Shown piece after piece: positions 60,792-64,000 of a stretch of 64,000 nt of DNA. Source of the stretch: Candidatus Latescibacterota bacterium (GTDB taxonomy: Bacteria > Latescibacterota > UBA2968 > UBA8231); NCBI GenBank assembly GCA_965206595.1, contig OZ242214.1:2912001-2976000 (forward strand), given 5' to 3'. The translations under genes and the position numbers were made by a program. The stretch's first letter is position 1, and the number at the start of each line of letters is the position of its first letter. Below the pieces are notes generated by a model, which saw only the letters and a program-made list of their open reading frames with translations, had not been told where the DNA came from and searched no databases.

Positions 60792-62237
60792 ATGGAACTT
60801 GCGGGGTTCGGGTTCTTCCAGGGTTTCATGCACTACCTCGGCGTGCTGCAGTGGCCGCTGGTCGTCGTCTTCCTGCTTTACATCGCATGGCAGATAAGGG
60901 GTTTCGCACCGGAAGAGCGGCTGCAGACCGGCCTGATGTTCTCCTACTTCTTCCTGGTGATCACCACCTTCTGGATCCTCAAGCCGATCAAGAAGGGGCT
61001 CTTCATCGGCTACTACAAAGGGATCGGCGGCTTCGACCTGCTGGGCTGGCAACTCGACGCGGCGCAGGCGGAGCTGCTGGCCAAAGTCCTCAACATGGCG
61101 GTCGCCGCCGCGGCGGTCGCGGTCTTCACCCTTCTCGCCCGCTCCTTCCGGCGCCAGCAGCTCACCTTCATCCTGTCGGGCTTTTTCATCCTCTGTTACC
61201 TGGCCTTCAGCTTCCTCCTGGACAATGCCGGGGGCGGCACCGTCTGGACCTTCTACCTGTTCGGAGACCTGTTCAGCACGTTGATGGTCGCCACTTTCTT
61301 CGCCTTCCTCAACGACAGCGTCGATCCTTCCTCCGCCAAGCGGCTCTACGGGCTGATCGGTCTCGGGGGGGTTTCGGGGGGCTTCTTCGGCAGCGCCGTC
61401 GTCGGCGTCAACGTCAAGAGCCTGAGCCCGGCGCTGTCCATGTGGTTGTGCCTGGCGATCGCCGTCGCCATCGCCCTTATCGCCATGGCCGCGGGCCGGG
61501 TGGTAAACCGCAAGTTGGCGGCGAATGAAACCGGGGAAAGCAAGGCGGAGGAAGCATCCGATTCCCAAGCGGCCCCGGCTGAGGATCAGCCGCAGGGCAA
61601 TCCGGCATGGGAAGGTGCGCGGCTCGCTCTGCGCTCCCCTTACCTGCTGTCGGTTGTGGCCATCGTCGGCCTATACGAGATGGTCTCCACCATAATGGAT
61701 TTCCAGTTCACCTCCACGGTGCTGCACTACCTCGACGGCCCCCAGATCGGCGAGCATTTTCCGCGCGTGTTCACGTTCACCAACATGGTTGCGCTGGTCG
61801 TTCAGCTGTTCCTGACGAGCTTCGTGATGACCCGCTTCGGCGTCGGCCCGGCGCTGCTGTTCCTGCCGGTAGCAGCTCTTCTGGGTTCGGCAGGCTTCCT
61901 GATCGCCCCGGTGCTCCTCCTCGGAAGTTTGCTGAACACCACCGACAACGGCTTCAGCTACTCGATCAACCAGTCGGCCAAGGAAGCGCTCTACGTCCCC
62001 ACCACGCGAGACGAGAAGTACAAGGCCAAGGCTTTCATCGACATGTTCGTGCAGCGGTTCGCCAAGGCACTGGCCGTCGGCCTGAGTCTCCTGATAACGA
62101 CGCTCTTCGCAGGGTATTCGAGCATTCGCTGGCTGTCGCTGATAACCGCGGCCATCCTGCTGCTGTGGATCCTCGCCGCCCGTTACGCAGGACGAACCTT
62201 CCGCGAGAAAGAAGAAGCGGCTGCGCAGTCTGGGTAA
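60792..62237 (+). CDS. Npt1/Npt2 (TLC) family ATP/ADP nucleotide translocase, MFS fold
   Basis: ILKPIKKGLF, AKRLYGLIGLGG, YSINQSAKEALYVP..KYKAKAFIDMFVQRFAK; about 12 TM segments. Confidence 0.88.
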   Translation: MELAGFGFFQGFMHYLGVLQWPLVVVFLLYIAWQIRGFAPEERLQTGLMFSYFFLVITTFWILKPIKKGLFIGYYKGIGGFDLLGWQLDAAQAELLAKVLNMAVAAAAVAVFTLLARSFRRQQLTFILSGFFILCYLAFSFLLDNAGGGTVWTFYLFGDLFSTLMVATFFAFLNDSVDPSSAKRLYGLIGLGGVSGGFFGSAVVGVNVKSLSPALSMWLCLAIAVAIALIAMAAGRVVNRKLAANETGESKAEEASDSQAAPAEDQPQGNPAWEGARLALRSPYLLSVVAIVGLYEMVSTIMDFQFTSTVLHYLDGPQIGEHFPRVFTFTNMVALVVQLFLTSFVMTRFGVGPALLFLPVAALLGSAGFLIAPVLLLGSLLNTTDNGFSYSINQSAKEALYVPTTRDEKYKAKAFIDMFVQRFAKALAVGLSLLITTLFAGYSSIRWLSLITAAILLLWILAARYAGRTFREKEEAAAQSG

Positions 62238-62306
62238 GGGGCAGGACCTGAGCTTAAAAGAGATCGTGCAACCCCCTGGTGGATGCTCTACAACTTAAGT
62301 GCCTGC

Positions 62307-63230
62307 TCAAACATGGACACCGGGGATCGATGGTTCTCCGGTAGGGCATTCGAGCGAGAGATGGCGGTAGGCGAACTCTATCCGGTCGTTCTTGCCGAAA
62401 GCGTCGACGATTTTCCCCACGATCTCGCTGGAGATGCGTTCGCGCTCCACCGCAATGGACTTGTAGCGCAGCCGCATCGTTATGCCGGAATGAAAGAATT
62501 CAGCACGGACGAACGGAGTCTCTCCGGTCTCCTCGATGATCTCCCGGGTCACCTCGGAGGCGCAGTCGATCAAGGTCTGTTCTGACAACCGGTAGTCCGA
62601 CTGATAGGAGATCCGGACCGGCACTTCGTCAAGTATGTACTTGGCTTCGGTGGAAACCGCGTAGTTGGTGACCATCTGGTCGAACAGGATCGCATTGGGG
62701 ATCAGAACCGCCCGATTGGATGATTCTTCCCCGCCGATGGTCCCGCCCACTTCCCCGAGCATAATATGGGTGGGACTTATGTCGAGCACGTCCCCCCGCA
62801 CTCCCTGAAGTATGATCCGGTCCCCGATCTGGAAGGGCCGTTTGATCATTACCATGAGCCAGGCCGCCACCCCGGTGACCGGCCGTTGCAGAGACCAGCC
62901 CAGGATCATGCTGAGGAAGGCAGCGCTTATCCCCATGGCCGCGAATGAACCGGACAGGCTGACGACCATCAAAATGATCCCGGCCAACAGAAAGGTATAC
63001 TTCAACAGGGAGTGGACCCGGTGGATCTGCACCTCCCGGCGATTCTGGGCTCGCATGGCCCCCAGCACCAAGCGCTTGATAATTTTGTAGAGCAAAACAA
63101 TGACGGTAAGAGCCAAAGCCGCAGGAAGGAGATATACGATTATTTCAAGGATCTCCCTTAACAGTTCAGGGACATGGTGGGAGACCCATCCCTCGGTGCT
63201 GTTCAGCCAGTCAGTTATTACTTGTGGCAT
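62307..63230 (-). CDS. Small-conductance mechanosensitive channel (MscS family)
   Basis: LGWSLQ..RPFQIGDRI..GDVLDI..LIPNA..VTNY. Confidence 0.9.
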   Translation of the reverse strand: MPQVITDWLNSTEGWVSHHVPELLREILEIIVYLLPAALALTVIVLLYKIIKRLVLGAMRAQNRREVQIHRVHSLLKYTFLLAGIILMVVSLSGSFAAMGISAAFLSMILGWSLQRPVTGVAAWLMVMIKRPFQIGDRIILQGVRGDVLDISPTHIMLGEVGGTIGGEESSNRAVLIPNAILFDQMVTNYAVSTEAKYILDEVPVRISYQSDYRLSEQTLIDCASEVTREIIEETGETPFVRAEFFHSGITMRLRYKSIAVERERISSEIVGKIVDAFGKNDRIEFAYRHLSLECPTGEPSIPGVHV

Positions 63231-63608
63231 CGGTCGGTTTCTTCTCCTTTGCGATGGTAAAAGGCCTTTGGTGTTCTGTTTTCCTCGGGAAGCGGTGCCG
63301 AAGGCATCGCCGCCCGCCCGGCTCCCCCCCTTCCCTGCGCGCCGTCCGCGATCCTTCGATCCAAAAAAAGGAGCCTGTCATCTGCAAGCTATCCGGACAG
63401 AAAAAGCGCGTCAACGCACCCGGAATCCGGCTCTGTGCCAGGAAGGCCGCCATGGCCGACGATCCGGATGCCCGCATCGAGACGGTCCGGTCCTGATCCC
63501 CTCAAGGGTAAACCTGCCCATGCCCTGGCTACCATCCTCAACAGGGCTTCCGGTAAGTCGGAGCGGGATCCGCGTCTGTAGGGGAAGCGGCTTCGCTGGA
63601 ATTAAAAG

Positions 63609-63671
63609 GGACAGCAACTGTCCGCGTCGGGTTTTTTTTGACATGCCGGACGCAACGGACACCCCCTGTCC
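63609..63671. promoter_or_regulatory. Two GGACA-N5-TGTCC palindromes (63609-63623, 63657-63671) flanking TTGACA (63638-63643); putative operators
   Basis: Directly seen; immediately upstream of the HTH-WYL-like gene. Confidence 0.65.
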
Positions 63672-63708
63672 CCTTGGAGCCCATCTTTACCGTTGGGAGG
63701 ATGAAGCT

Positions 63709-64000
63709 ATGCTCATATCCGATGCGATCCACAAGGCGGATCGACTCGAACAGATCAAGGTACTGTTCCGGCGGCGGCCCGAAGGGGTAGGGACCGGTGA
63801 AATCGCCCGGCTGCTGGGCGTCAGCCAACGGACTGCCCGGCGCTATGTGAAGGAGCTGTCGGAGCACGGACGGCTGCCGGTGTACCGGGAAGGCCGTGTC
63901 TGGAAGTTGGTGGAAGGCGGGCACATCGACCTGCTTCGCCTCCAGCTGAACCTCGACGAGGCTCTCTCGCTCTACCTGGCGGCGCGGATGCTGTCCGCCT
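63709..64000 (+). CDS. Probable HTH-WYL transcriptional regulator, N-terminal part (runs off window)
   Basis: MLISDAIHKADRLEQI..GEIARLLGVSQRTARRYVKEL..LQLNLDEALSLYLAARML; GGAGG RBS; WYL domain itself lies outside the window. Confidence 0.8.
   Translation, partial: MLISDAIHKADRLEQIKVLFRRRPEGVGTGEIARLLGVSQRTARRYVKELSEHGRLPVYREGRVWKLVEGGHIDLLRLQLNLDEALSLYLAARMLSA

Noticed and set aside
10439-61568. Long antisense or alternate-frame ORFs (e.g. 10439-13006 +, 17334-20519 +, 18403-21774 -, 44668-47430 -, 58902-61568 -)
   Set aside because: Shadow ORFs of GC-rich genes; Arg/Pro/Gly-rich with no motifs, overlapping well-supported CDSs

Overview
GC-rich bacterial window. Dockerin, cohesin, FlgD-Ig, YWTD and Sel1 proteins suggest a Latescibacterota/Poribacteria-like, possibly sponge-associated organism; this taxonomy is inference only. 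The window opens with the 3' end of cas1, a leader and a CRISPR array of about 101 repeats (36-bp repeat CTTTCCGCGATCTGTTGATCGCGGCCTCATTGAAGC, type I-G/I-U-like). No cas2 lies between cas1 and the leader. The first ~10 leader-proximal units are aberrant, with 11-27 nt spacers and broken repeats. The last spacer is split by a 347-bp MITE. Next come secreted modular proteins, a TonB/DUF4856 uptake locus, a TM0106 nuclease-helicase and several small defence-like islands: an HD hydrolase + nucleotidyltransferase pair, a helicase-zincin fusion, RloA with an rloB remnant, decayed Septu-like ptuAB, hicAB and higBA. Carbohydrate and repair genes are interspersed. Near the end is a tight operon of an Omp85 barrel, a signal-peptide-bearing atypical kinase and an Npt/TLC ATP/ADP translocase, which is the best candidate for an undescribed system (ATP-fuelled extracytoplasmic phosphorylation). 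The window ends in a probable HTH-WYL regulator with two operator palindromes. Several frameshifts sit in homopolymers, so sequencing error must be kept in mind. No rRNA or tRNA was seen.
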